Notes under the pieces: generated by a model
What the model was told of the DNA's origin: nothing
The model's input: the letters and a program-made list of their open reading frames with translations, nothing else
Database searches by the model: none
Part shown: in pieces, positions 48,032-59,907 of the stretch
How the letters are laid out: each line of letters starts with the position of its first letter
How positions within the stretch are numbered: position 1 is the stretch's first letter
Program-made: the position numbers and the translations under genes
Origin: Cyanophora paradoxa CCMP329
Lineage: Eukaryota; Plantae; Glaucophyta
Assembly: GCA_004431415.1 (NCBI GenBank)
Contig: QPMI01000292.1
Coordinates: 1-59,907, forward strand
Direction: 5' to 3'
DNA length: 59,907 nucleotides

Positions 48032-49229
48032 TTACGTTTACTATAGTCTCATTCTAACGTAAGCTTGCCTGTTGAATTTTCCTCTGAGGTTGCACTTGCA
48101 AGTAGTACCACATGCATGTACATTTAGTCAACAGGAATGCCGTTCACAATAGGATCACTTAGTGCATGCGCCAAGAAGGCGCTTCAATAGTAGGTATGAT
48201 TTTTCGAGGCAGGATTGAGAGAGCGCGGGAGACCAGTTTTATGCCGTAGCAGGCGTTAGCCTTTCAAGTTTTTTTCCAACTGTAGCCTTTTATGCAGTGC
48301 ACGAATCGGCGAGTTCAACCGCACTTCCGGTCGCAGAAGCGATGTTGTGCTCGTACTTGAACTGTAAGTAGTGAGTGGCGGCCAACTCGATCGTATGTTA
48401 GACCGCGTGAATTTTATCATTATCAATTCCCTTAGCTATCGATCCTGAGATGTCAGCACGTGCTACGTTACTACTACGGTTATACGTACTTGGTAAATTC
48501 TCGCTTAAAAGCTCGGTCATCAGGTTTCGATCCCTTTCCCCGATCCAGTCCCCACTTTTACTATAGAAATAGCTATAGCAATCATGACCACCTGTATCAT
48601 AGATATGTTGCTTAGTCGTATGCATGCAAACCGTTCCACATATTCATCGATATCGGAGTTTGTATTCTCTCTAGAGCCGTGTTGTTGTCAACGTTTACCT
48701 TGTTGTGCAGGAGTATTGTGTAGCAGTCGACGTCGCTTATAATTTTGAACTTCGAAACTTGCAAAATCTGAACTCGAATATACTAAGATAGTGCACGAGT
48801 TCGTCACTGTCGTGCCCAGGATTCACAAGTACAGCCGGCCCGAGGGCCAGGGACCGTCGGGTTCATGACTCAGTGATCATGAGGTGACCGTCGACGTCGG
48901 ACTGGCCCCCAGTGGCCATATGTATATATATATATGCCACGGGCCATCCTGGCATGATGGCGGGGCCCGTACGCTTGGGTTGCAAACTGGCAAACTGGAA
49001 GGCGAACGGTCTCCGACGTGACATAGACGTGACTGGTACCCGTCGAACCGCTCTCCCATCAGCGTCGCGCGAAAATCGAATTTCCCTCATGGATCAATTC
49101 CGGTATTTATACCCCGCTTCGATCGCGAAATCCCAAAAAGTGGGACCCGGTCCCGCGACGAAAGCGCGCCAGACACGGCCCAGAGCGGTCAGATTGACAG
49201 CCAAGAGCGTGCGCATCGCGGCAAGCTTG

Positions 49230-49860
49230 ATTTCGGCCGCCGACGATGCTCCAGTCCAGAGAGTCGGCCCAAAATTTGATCCTGCCGGTCCCTCCCGGTC
49301 CAACATCGCGCGCAATCGATGCGTACTGGCGCGCATAGACATAGCAGGGCCTGCGCACTCCAGATATCCGCTTTTCGGAGCCGGAACAGCGCAGGAAGGT
49401 GCCCGATGGCAAAAAATCGATCCTGCACAGCCCCGGGCAACTTTCCGCGCGCCCAGGCCGCGGCGCATGCGCGGAGCAATAGTATAAGCATTTGAGATGT
49501 AGAAGAAGACTTCCGCACGGTCTCTAAATGCCCCGGGCCGCGAGGACCCAGCCGACCCCGGAAATTCGATCCTGGACGGACCTGCACATCTTTCCGCGCG
49601 CCCTCGCGTCCTCACCCATGCCCATCGCTACGGTATTCATTTGAGATCTAAACGAAGCCTTTCGCAAGCTCTGGGGGCGCGAAAGAGCACGAGAACCCAG
49701 CCGACGCCAAATTTTCGATCCTGGACAGACCTGCACATATTTCCGCGCGCCCTCGCCTCTGCAGCCCTGGACATCGATCCTGTATGCATCCGAGACTCTG
49801 TTTAAGCGATTCATATGCTCTGCGCATGCGCCTGGCCGCGAGAACCTCGCACCTCCCCTC
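49230..49860. repeat. Degenerate ~149-bp tandem repeat, ~4 copies
   Basis: Anchor GATCCTG at 49278, 49419, 49568 and 49717. Later copies share TTTCCGCGCGCCC, CATTTGAGAT and ACCCAGCCGAC. Confidence 0.75.
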
Positions 49861-50256
49861 AACAATCTCCTTTCGATTTCCTCCGGGCCTCGAACACAAC
49901 TACAGCTAGCTGATTGGCAGCACCACACCTCCTCTCATTATATTCTCTCTCAGCTGCAGGAATCCCCTTATCACATAATTCTATTCTCCGAGGACAACTC
50001 CTCTCATGACAACTCGCCCCATAAATATATTCTGTCTCAGCAGCCCTCCCCTCTCGCTAGGCCTGCCCCACCGACCCAGAGACAGCCACGACGGGCCGCG
50101 ATGAAAAAGGGGGACGCGAAGAGGGCGGCAGAGGCTTCGCCCGATGTTTGGGACCCGCAGGGGCCCAGGGCTTGTCGAAGCTCCGAATTCGGAAATTCCA
50201 AAAAGTTCATCACCGAATTCATTCACGACGACTCGGCGAAGCGTTGATCATATAAA

Positions 50257-50410
50257 GGGCCACTGACTTGCTGAGCGCGTCAGTTGGGTCTGGGGAAGGG
50301 AAATTAACCAATTGCAACAGCCGCTGAGCTAGGCTTACGTATACGGGGGCGACGGCCGCGACCGCGGCCGGGCTCGACTTGGCAAATCCGAAGATCTAGA
50401 TCTGGAGCAG
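50257..50410. mobile_element. Partial second copy of the MITE at 21353-21927 (one end)
   Basis: Aligns to the reverse complement of 21810-21927, including the 24-bp TIR, and is interrupted by short insertions. Confidence 0.85.
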
Positions 50411-50935
50411 GAATTCCGAAAAAGCAAGAAAAGCAGATCTAGAACTTCAAGCCGACTCAAACTTGCGACCCTTGCAATTGCCTGGGATCGCTGATCAGAG
50501 CATCATCGGCTTGGTCATGATCAAGTTAATTATATAACGTTCATGGCATGCATATGGCCGCATGATGCCATGATGCATATGGAGTCAATCTATTAACGAA
50601 GCCTGTACATGTGAATTTAAATTTTGAGGCAATCTATAATCAGGGGAAAGCCCACTGTGATGCTTGCAAATTTGAACTTGCAGCAAGGGCCGTTCGAATT
50701 CATGAAACACATGAAACTTAAATCTAGCCATATGCAATCGCGCTAAAGCGAATTAATATTCGAATGGATTCAATGCATATGAACTGCGCGTGCGAATCGA
50801 AGATATAGATGCCACTAGGCGAGCTGCCTGCGTACTTTCACCGCTGCGCTTCTTTCTACAGCACGAACAATTCTGATGCTGAAGGCGCGGGCCACTCCGT
50901 GCGCGTGGCGGGCGCGGGCGGCCCGAGTGGTTGCC

Positions 50936-53900
50936 CTAGGGCAAGCCGGGCGGGGGCGGGGCCGGCTCCCGCGGGGCGAGGCGGTCGACGACCTTGAGGA
51001 CCGCTGCGCGCATCTGCCGGGGCGCATCCGATGATCAGAGCGGAGCAGGCGGAGAGGCGGGCCGCCAGGGGCGGGGCGCACGACGGGCTTCGGGCAGAAG
51101 TCGTCCATCCCCGCCGCGAAGGCCGCCTCCCGGTCTGCCCGCGGCCCGTCAGGCCCCCCCAATTGCAGTGGCCGGCCCCGAGGAGGGGCGAGGGTGGGAC
51201 GAGGGGGAAGGGGGAGGGCGGGGAGATCTAGAGGGGCGGACCCTCGTCGGTGGCGAAGGCGGTGCAGGCGCAGACGGGGGTGCGGCGGGGCGCGGCGAGC
51301 TCCGCCTCGGCCGCCCGGATGCGCCGCGTGGCCTCCAGCCCGTCCAGCACCGGCATCGACACTGCGCCCCGCGCCCCGCCCGCCCCTCTCAGCGCCTCGC
51401 GCCCTGAAGCGCCGCGCGCCGGCGCCGGCGGGACAGACCGTCCCTGCGCGCGCGAGGCGGCGTCAGGGGGCGGTGGGCGGGGGCGAGGGGGCGGCTCACA
51501 TGAAGACGAGGTCGTAGACGGGGCGGGCGGGGTCGCGGGGGGCGGCCGCCCGGGCGCGGAACATGGCGACGGCCTCCGCCCCGTCGGCCGCCGCGTGCGT
51601 CGCGTGCCCCGCCTGCCGGCCCGCGGTGAGCCGGGCGGGGCGGGGCGGGGGAGGGGGCGGGCGGGCCTTGGAGAGGAAGGCCTGGAGGACCTTGCGGTTC
51701 ATCTGCGCCGGCGCGGCCCCTCAGGCTCGGGCGAGGCGGCGGGGCCCGGCGGCGCGCGGGGGCACCTCGATGTCGTCCACCACCAGCACCTCCAGCCGCC
51801 CCCGCACGCCGGCCCCCAGCCGCCCGCCGCCTCATTCCCGGCCGCCGCCGCCGCCGGTGCCGCCTCCGGGCGGCCTTCTCCGGGGCGGCAGGACGGCGGG
51901 GGCGTGCGGGCCCGGGGCGGGGGCGGCGGGGGCGGGGCGAGGGAGGGCGCCGAGACGGCCGGCGCCGGGGGCGGCTTCTCGTCCTCGGGCGTCGCGTCCA
52001 CTGCCGTAAACCCCGCCGCCACTCAGCGCCCGACAGAGAGGGGGCGGCGCGGGGCAGGGCGGGGGGGGGGGGGGGGGGGGGGGAAGGAGGGGGGGGGGTG
52101 CGGACGTGTGCGGAAGGGGAGGGAGAACCAGAAGGTGGAGCCGGCGCCCGGCTCGCTCTCGCAGCCGATGGCCCCCGCCAGCCGTTCCACCACCTCCCGC
52201 CTGCCCGCCCCGTGAGGCCCGTCCTGGCGGGGCGAGGCGGGGCGAGCCCGCCGCGCACGAGATGGCGAGGCCGAGGCCCGTGCCGCCGGGGTCGCCACCG
52301 GCGCCGTGGATGCGGGCGAGGGGCACGCGGTAGAAGGGCTGGAAGAGGTGCCGCCGGTGCTCCGCCTCGATCCCAGGGCCTGCGGGAGGTGAGGCGCTGG
52401 GGGCCGGGGGCGGGGCGGGCGGCAGGGCGCTGCGGCACCGCTGTCGGCGACCTCGAAGCGGAGGGTGACGCGGCGCGGCGAGTCCAGCGCGAGCGCCCCC
52501 GACTCGTCCACCCGCACACGCAGCTGCGCGACGGCTCGCCGGGGAGAGGGCGCGGCCGGGGCGGGGCGGGGCGGGACGGGGCGCGCCGTGACGGGCCCGG
52601 TGGCGAACTTGACGGCGTTGGAGAGGAGGGCGGCCAGCACCTCTGCGCGCCCGCGCATCAGCCGCCGGCCACGGGGGGCGGGGGCGCGCGGGCGGGCGCA
52701 CGGCGGAGGCGCTCAGGGTCGCCCGACACGCGCCCCGGCACCGCGGTCGGCACCTCCACCCGCAGCTCCATCCCCCGCCCCTCCAGCCTGCCCCCCGCGC
52801 GCGAGGCGGCGCCTCAGAGACGCGGAAGGCGCGGGGCGGGGCGGGGGCGGGGGCGCCTGGGGCGGAGGGCGCGGGCGACGGCGGCGAGGGCCTCGTGCGG
52901 GCTGAACGGCACCGCCGCCATCCCCGCCTGCCCCGACTCGATCCGCTCTGCCGCCGACGGTGAGAGAGAGGCCGGGGGCGCTGGACGAGGGGCGAGGGGT
53001 CGGGCGGGGGCGGGGGCGGGGCGGGGCACCGATGTCGACGACCTGGGCGATGAGGGCGAGGAGGTGCTCCGCCGCCTCGTGCGCCGCCCGCAGCTGGCCC
53101 TCGACCTCCCCGGGCACCCCCCCCGCCTCCCGCGCCAGCTGCAGCATCCCTGGACCCCCGCCCCCTCAGCGAGGCCTCCCGCCCGTTTGCGCCGGCTCCC
53201 GCCCACCGATGATCACGTTCAGCGGGTTGCGCATCTCCTGCGGGGCGGGCGGGGCGTGAGGGGCGGGGGGCCGGGGGCAGGGCGGGGGGCGGCGGGGCCG
53301 CACGTGGGAGACCATCTGGATGAAACGGCGGGAGGCCCGCGTCCGCGCCTCCGCCTCCAGCTTCCCCTTCGTCTCCCGCGAGAGAAGCTGCCGCCCAGCC
53401 GGCCCCAGCGGCGCCTCCGTCAGGCGGGGAGGGGGCAGGTAGGGGGGCGGGGCGGGCCTCCTGGAAGGAAAGGAAGCGGGCCTGGGCCTCCGCCATGAGC
53501 GGCTCGAAGCGCGCCAGCTCCGCCAGCCCCGACCGCAGCGCCCCCGCCCCAGACTGCGCCCCGCGCCCCCGCGCCGCCCTCAGCGCACGCGCCCCGCGCG
53601 CGCAGCGGAGGTCGGGCTGGGGCGCGCCTCGGCGCTGGGGCGGCGGTCGGCGTCGTTGTTGTAGGGGCCGGCGCGGGCCGCAGGCCGAGGGCGGCGAGGG
53701 CGCCGGCGAGGGAGCCGCGGCGGGGCGGGAGGGGAGGGGGCCTCCGGGGTGTCCACGGGGACCACCTGTCCCGCCATCTGCGCCCCGGGCCCGCGCCCTC
53801 GCACCGGCGCGACGAGAGGGCGGCGCGGGGCGCACGGTGGTGGGGCCCGAGGGCTCGGCCCCCGCGGCGTCTCCGAGGAGGAGAGGGCGGGGCGCGGTGC

Positions 53901-56648
53901 AGCGGCCCCCGCCTCGGGCGGCTCGGGGGCACCCGCGGCGGCGCGGTGCGCCTGCATCTGGAGCTCCATCATGAGGCCCGTCAGCGTCTGCCCGCCGGCC
54001 GGCGTCAGCGCGGGGGCGGGGGCGGGGGCCGGGGCGGGGGCGGGGGCGGGTGCCTTGACGAGGAGGGCGAGGCGGGAGCGGAGGCGGGAGAGGGGCCGGG
54101 TGATGAGGAGCCCGATGGCGACGGAGAGGACGGCGCACGCCAGCAGCCTGCGCCCCGCCGCCTCACGCGCCGGGGTGGGAGCAGGGGCGGACCGGCGGGG
54201 CGGACCAGATGCTGTTGGCGATAGCCGTCGAGTTGATGCCGCGGTTGATCTCCGCGAGCACCACCTGCGAGGGCGTGGCGCCGCTCAGCGGCCGCCGGGT
54301 CGGGGCGGGGCTGGGGGGGGCGCGGGCGGGGGCGGGGCGGACGTCCTCGGGGACGGCGAAGTGGAGGGTCCAGTCGAGGTCCGGGTCCACGTGCACCTCC
54401 GTGTGCGCGAAGAAGTACGCGCGCCCCTCCACCCGCAGCCCCGCCCCGCTCCGCACCCCGCGCCCCGCCGCCCCCGCCCGGCCCCGCTCCACGAACTGGG
54501 GGCGGGGAGGCGCGTCAGGCGGGTGCGGGGGGACGGGCGGGTCGGGGGCGGGGGCGGGGCGGGCGTTGGCGTAGAGGGCGCGGGTGAGGGGGTTGGGGGA
54601 GGCGGAGGCGGTGCGGGGGGCGTCGGCGGCGTCCAGCAGCTCGTCGGGGTTCACCGTGTCCACCGCCACCATCTGCCGCCCCGCCCCTCGGCCCCCCGCC
54701 CCGCCGAACTCCGGCGCCCCGGGGCAGGCGCCGGTGCGGGGCGGGCGGGGGCGGGGCGGGCCTTGCCGAGGGCGGTGGTGAGGAAGAAGGTAGCGCCGGG
54801 CAGCCGCCCCGTCAGCTCCGCCAGGAACCGCGACAGCGCGTCCACCTTGATGATCGTCTGCCGCCCCGGGCGCCGGCCCCCCGTGAGCCGAGCGGCGAGG
54901 AGGGCGGCGGGGGCGGGGCGCACGCGGACGGCACCGAGGGCCTGGGGGGCCCCGCAGGCGGCCTGCGACGGGGGCGCGAGCCCGTGCGGGTACGGGAAGC
55001 GCGCCGGCAGCGACGAGGCGGCCGAGCACGCGAGGGGCGGCGGGGCCCCGAACGCCGCCGAGAAGCTGCCGGGCGGGGGCCGGCGCGTGAGGGACCGTGC
55101 AGGGGCGGCGGCGGGGAGAGGAGGGTGCACATGACGCGCAGGCGCTCGATGCGGGTCCACTGCGCGGCGTTCAGGCGCGGCAGCGTGTGGACTGGGGAAG
55201 GGAGGAGGGGGGCCGGGGCCGGGGGCGGACGGTGGCGACGGGCGTGTAGTCAAGGTCAGACCACGCCTCCTTCGTCGGGCTCGCCATCGCCTGCCCCGCC
55301 GCAGGCCTCAGCTTAAGGCCCCGCGCGCGCCGCCGCCCCGCGCGCGGCCCGCCGCCTACCTTGTCGTACCAGTCTCCCGGGAGGACGCGGAAGGGCAGCT
55401 GGTTCTGCCCTTGCTGCTCCGCGCGGGGGGCCGGGGGTTGGCGGGGCCGGCGCGGGGGCGGGGCGGAGGGGCCGCGGGCGCACGGCGAGGGCCACGGGCT
55501 GCCCGCGCCCGTCCACCCCGTAGAAGACCATCCGCGTCGCTGCGCCCCCCCGCGTCAGACCCCGGCGGCCGCCGGCGGGGAGCAGCGGGCCAGGGGCGGG
55601 TAGCCAGCTTAGACGAATCTAAAGGAGCCAGGAACGGGGGGGACCAAGAAGTAGATAAATCTAAAACTTGCGGAAATCGTAAATCTCGCACCGTTGTGGG
55701 CGTAGGTTCGGGTCCCCTGAGGGCAGTCCGTGTGCTGCGGCTCGCACCGCTGATGTTGTGCGGGGGGCGGGTCGTCAGGGGGGGCGCCGCTCGCTGGAGG
55801 CGGCGCGGGGCGGGGCTGGGCGGGGCGGGGGCGCGGACGTTGGCGCCGAGGCCGGAGACGTCGTCGAAGCGGACATACGTGGAGAAGAGGCCCGCATTCC
55901 GCTGCAGCACCTGGTTCAGCGACTGCGCCCCGCCCCGCAGCCGCCCGTCAGCTGCAGCCGCGCCGCGCGCGCGGGGCCGCTGCGGCGGGGCACGGGGCGC
56001 GGCCCGTGCCTCGAAGGTCTCGCGCCAGCTCTCCTTCGTGAGGCGGCTCTGCGGCGCGGTCGGCCCGGCGAGGCGGGCGGGGCGGGCGCCGGCACCGTCT
56101 CGAAGTCGTCGCGGGAGCGCAGCGCGGCGCCGCGCGAGTCGACGAGGTACTCGGAGATCTTGTCCCGCGCGTGCTCTGCCCCCCGCACCCCCGCCTCGTG
56201 AGCGCACCGCTGCGCGGGCCGGCGCGGGGGCCGCTAGCGCTGGCCCGGGGCGCGCCGCTGAGCTCGACGATGAGCGTGTCGGTGAGCGCGTTGACCTGCA
56301 GGGTTGAATTGAGAAGTCACAGAAGCGTGGGCGTTGGGGGCTGCGGGGGCGAACGTTTCGAAGGCCAAACGACAGGGTGATCGCCCATGAGAACGCTGTC
56401 GATGAGATCAGGGGGGCGCGGCGCGAACGAGGGGAGCCTGGGAGCGGTACTCGCGCACCGACGCCGCAGGCGACGAAGAAGACGGAGGACACGACGAGGA
56501 GCACGCGGACGGAGAGGCGCCCGCACTTGCGCGGCGCTTCCACCTCGACCGCGTCCTTGACCGGCCCGCGGCCGCGCGGCGGACGCGCGGCGGGAGCGGC
56601 CACGCCGCCCTCCTTCCCCGCCCCGCCGCTCCAGTCGGCGGCGCTCAT
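50936..56648 (-). CDS. Membrane hybrid histidine kinase (TM-dCache-like-TM-HAMP-like-HisKA-HATPase-REC)
   Basis: N-terminal TM; WYDKAM...WSDLDY and LDWTLHFAVPED (Cache-like); LLITRPLSRL; H-box FIQMVSHEMRNPLN; N-box LLSNAVKF; G1 DSGPGI; F-box LFQPF; G2 GGTGLGLAIS; REC VLVVDD...DLVFMDVSMPVLDG...GMDDFCPKP. Confidence 0.92.
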
Positions 56649-57596
56649 CGCACCGCGCCGCTTGAGGCCTTTCTTGCGTTATACGTTTTGGATCACAGTC
56701 TGGCGGCCGCGGCGGAGCGGCTGACGCGATGCTCCCCCGCGCTCTTCTGTAGATATATAGCAAACGCGACGCGATACTCGCTCCCTTGAGCTGCTGGACG
56801 CCTGCCAAGGCGACCGCCGCAGCCGCTTCCCAAGAGAAACACCTGAGACCTCGCGATCCAAGAACTCAAGCGCGCGCCGAAGCTGCGAGGGCTTCGGCTT
56901 CCTCCAGATGCGAGCTGCCAGACTGCAAGCTATGGCGGTCAATTCAGATGCTGCACACGCGCCCACCAATGCAGGCAAGCGACCGCGTACGCGTACACTT
57001 GAGTCGAAGCGACGTCGACGCTGCTGCGCCGGCTGGCTATAGCTAGCGCTAGGTCTCGCAAGCTGCTGCTAGCTCGCTGCTGCGTATCATATATATAGAA
57101 TATTTAATGCTGCTTCGCACGTTCCGAAGTTCATGCGGTGGGGCGGTGGCTATAGACGCGAGCGGCGAGACTCGGCCGCGGCCGCGGAGGCACATGTTCC
57201 GAACGCATATAATCACGTACCCGCCGGTTGCTAGAAAAAGAACCGGGCCTCCGAATCTCGCGGCCGCCGCTCCGACTCGGGCGCTTGGTGTTCCGAACTC
57301 ACAACCGCCGTGTACCCCTCAGCGCAATGAAAATAAATTCCATTGACCAAATCCTTCCCGGGGTTCGACTCCGGGCGAGGCCAGATCCGCGAACCGCCGC
57401 CAATTTGAAAAGAGCGTGCGCGCGGGAGGCCGCGCGCGCGGCGCTCCGCCTTCGCGTCTTCTCATGAGGTGTCGTACGCGTCTGCGAGCGCGTCGCAGAA
57501 AGCGCTCCCTCGCCGCACCGCGCCCGTCGCTCAGATCTAGACCAGCTCCTGCCAAGGACTTCAGCAGCCAAAGAGAGACACGCAGGGCGCCTCGCG

Positions 57597-59907
57597 ATGG
57601 CTTCCGGCGATGCGCTGCGGAAGCTCGACCGCCGGCGCTCCGTGGCCCCGTCCAGCGCCTTCGAAGGGCAGGTCGTCGTACAGCCGGTGCACTTCCCGAG
57701 CTCGCAGAGCAAAGCCGGCGCGCTCAGGCTTCGCAGGGCTCTCGAATCTGGATCCCCGATGCCGACGAGGGGTTCGTGCGCGGCGTCGTCCGCGAGATGC
57801 GCGGAGCGGCCGCGTGCCGCGTCCTCCTCGACTCCGGAAAGGTGCGCCACGCTTCAGCGCCCGCACGGCGGATCAAGGCTCAGGCGAGGGGCGGGCAGGA
57901 GTCGGAGGCGGCGCTGCGGGACGTGCTGCCGGCGCCTGCGACGGGGGCCGGGGAGGAGGGGGACGGGGAGCGGGAGAACATGTGCGGGCTGGAGCTCCTC
58001 CACGAGGCCGCCGTCCTCGACAACCTCCGCCGCCGCCACGCCGCACGCCGCATCTACGTGTGCTCGCCTCCCCCCCGGCGCCGAGGCGCCAGCCCGGCCC
58101 CGCCTGCGCCGCCGCCGAGCCTCGCCGCGGGGCGCCGCAGACGTGGAGCGGGGCGACGCTGGTGGCGGTGAACCCGTACCAGGCGCTGCCCCTCTACGGC
58201 CCCGACGCCGCCGAGCTCTACCGCTCCGCCCCGGACCCCGCCGGCCCGCCCCGGACCCCGCCCCGCCCACGCCGCCCGCCCCGTGGGAGCTGAGGCCTCG
58301 CGCCCCCGCAGGGATGGCCCGCACGTCTTCGCAGTCGCCGCGGCGGCCCTCAAGGGCCTCGAGGAGACGGGCGCACCCCAGGTCCGCCGCGGGCCGCCTC
58401 GCGAGGGCGCGCCGCCCGGGGCCGGGGCCGGGCCGACCGGCGCGCGCGCAGGCGATCCTCGTCTCGGGCGAGTCTGGCGCCGGCAAGACGGAGACGACCA
58501 AGCTCCTCCTCCAGTACGTCACCGGCGCCGGCGACGCCGCGGCCCGCCCCGCAGGTGCCTGCCCCATGACTGCGCGCGGAGGCGGCGGGGAAGGCTCCAG
58601 CGGGGCTGAACCGGCGCCTCTGTCGCAGGGACGGGGCGGGGGAGCGTGGAGGGCCGCCTGCTGGAGGCCTGCGCGGTGCTCGAGGCCTTCGGCAACGCGA
58701 AGACGCTCCGCAACGACAACTCCTCCCGCTTCGTGCGCGCTTCCCGCCAGCCCGGGGCGGCGAGGCTGCTGAGGGCCTCCCGCAGGGCCGCTTCTTCCAG
58801 CTCTTCATGGAGGGCCCGCACCGCATCGTCGGCGCCCGCGTCACCAACTGTCCGCCCCCCGCCCCCGCCCCCAAGGAGCCGCCAGCCACCGCCCACCCGG
58901 CGCGCCGCAGACCTGCTCGAGAAGTCGCGCGTGGTGCTGCAGTCGGCCGGCGAGCGCAACTACCACGTCTTCTACCAGCTCTGCGCCAGCGCCCCGCCCG
59001 CCCTCCGCGGTGCGCGCCCCGCTCTGCAGAGCGCGCAGCCGCCCTCACGGGCCCTGCCGCGGTCGCAGAGCGGCTTGGGCTGGGAGCCGCCAACAAGTAC
59101 AACATGCTGACGGGCGGCTCGTGCACCGCCGTCGAGGGCGTCGACGACGCCGCCGGTGCGCCCCCGCCGCGCCCCGACCGGCCCCGCACCCCCGCGGGCC
59201 GGGCGGATGGTGAGGGGGCGGGCAGGGTTCGTGCGGACGTGCGAGGCGCTGCGGGCGGTGGGACTGGACGAGGAGGACCTCGACTCGCTCTGGGCGGTCC
59301 TCGCCGGCCTCCTCCACCTCTCCAACGTCACCTTCGCCGCCCCCGCCTCCGCCTCCGACCCCTGCGCCGTCGCCTCCGACCAGCGTCCGCCCCGCCCCTG
59401 CCCCCCGCCCCGCCCCCTCCCGCGGCGCCCCCGAGCGGCGGCGCAGCGTTCGGGCGGGCGTGCGAGCTGCTGGGCGTGGACCCCGCCGCCCTCCGCGCCG
59501 GCCTCACCACCCAGGCGCCCCGCCCGCCGCCCCGCCGCCGCCCGCGCCCCGAGGGCACCCGGCGAACGCGCGTCGTCGCGCAGCGGCTGCAGTGCGGGCG
59601 GGAGGAGTCGCTGCGGCACCGGGACGCCGACCAGGCCAAGGAGGCCCGCGACGCCCTCATCAAGACCGCCTACCAGGTGCCTTGCGAGCGGGGGCCGGGG
59701 CGTGCCGCGGGCGCCGCCTCGAGCGGGCGGGGCGGGCGCAGCGGGTGTTCGAGTGGCTGGCGCGGCGGGTGAACGAGGCGCTGGGGGCGGAGGACCCCGC
59801 GGCCGGGGAGGAGCCCGAGGGGCGGCCCTACCTCGCCATCCTCGACGTCTTCGGCTTCGAGGTCTTCGAGGTGCGCGGGGCGCAGAGGCCCCGAGGGCCC
59901 CCGCGGC
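57597..59907 (+). CDS. Myosin heavy chain (SH3-like N-terminus and motor domain), 3' end runs off the window
   Basis: LHEAAVLDNL, LVAVNPY, PHVFAVA, P-loop GESGAGKTETTK, LEAFGNAKTLRNDNSSRFG, LLEKSRV, ERNYHVFYQL, ARDALIK, ILDVFGFEVF. Confidence 0.95.

Noticed and set aside
57350-57390. GGTTCGACTCC T-loop-like motif suggesting a tRNA
   Set aside because: The T-stem pairs poorly, and there is no D-arm, anticodon arm or acceptor stem upstream.

Overview
This is a very GC-rich eukaryotic nuclear window with densely intron-split genes. Most long ORFs in the supplied track are GC artefacts, so I parsed the genes by hand across short introns. Three N-termini look like plastid transit peptides with an early Phe (MAFV, MSTFV, MFVV). 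Together with cilia-associated genes, this points to a flagellate glaucophyte-like alga such as Cyanophora (inference). I find about 18 genes: RlmI-like rRNA methyltransferase (partial), AKAP14/AKAP28-like, PSMD5, a mitochondrial PEPCK-like pseudoenzyme, a pseudokinase, an F-box-like protein, two C2-domain proteins, an NPHP3-like DUF4062-NACHT-TPR protein, a plastid thioredoxin, a claudin-like/Zn-ribbon fusion, a DIPP-type Nudix hydrolase, NELF-A, a SNF1/CIPK-like kinase, an unknown plastid protein, a LOTUS-CSD-CCCH RNA-binding protein, a hybrid histidine kinase and a myosin (partial). Intergenic DNA holds a 3.2 kb hAT-type element with internal satellites, a MITE family and other tandem repeats. 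Four signals stand out. (i) Intergenic DNA is saturated with short overlapping palindromes, and two copies of one MITE differ mainly by palindrome-creating insertions. (ii) About a third of introns in the best-parsed gene use GC donors, with an unusual GYSCGC consensus. (iii) 5-nt microexons carry key residues. (iv) A full NELF-A occurs in an apparent archaeplastid. All gene models are manual and need RNA-seq confirmation.
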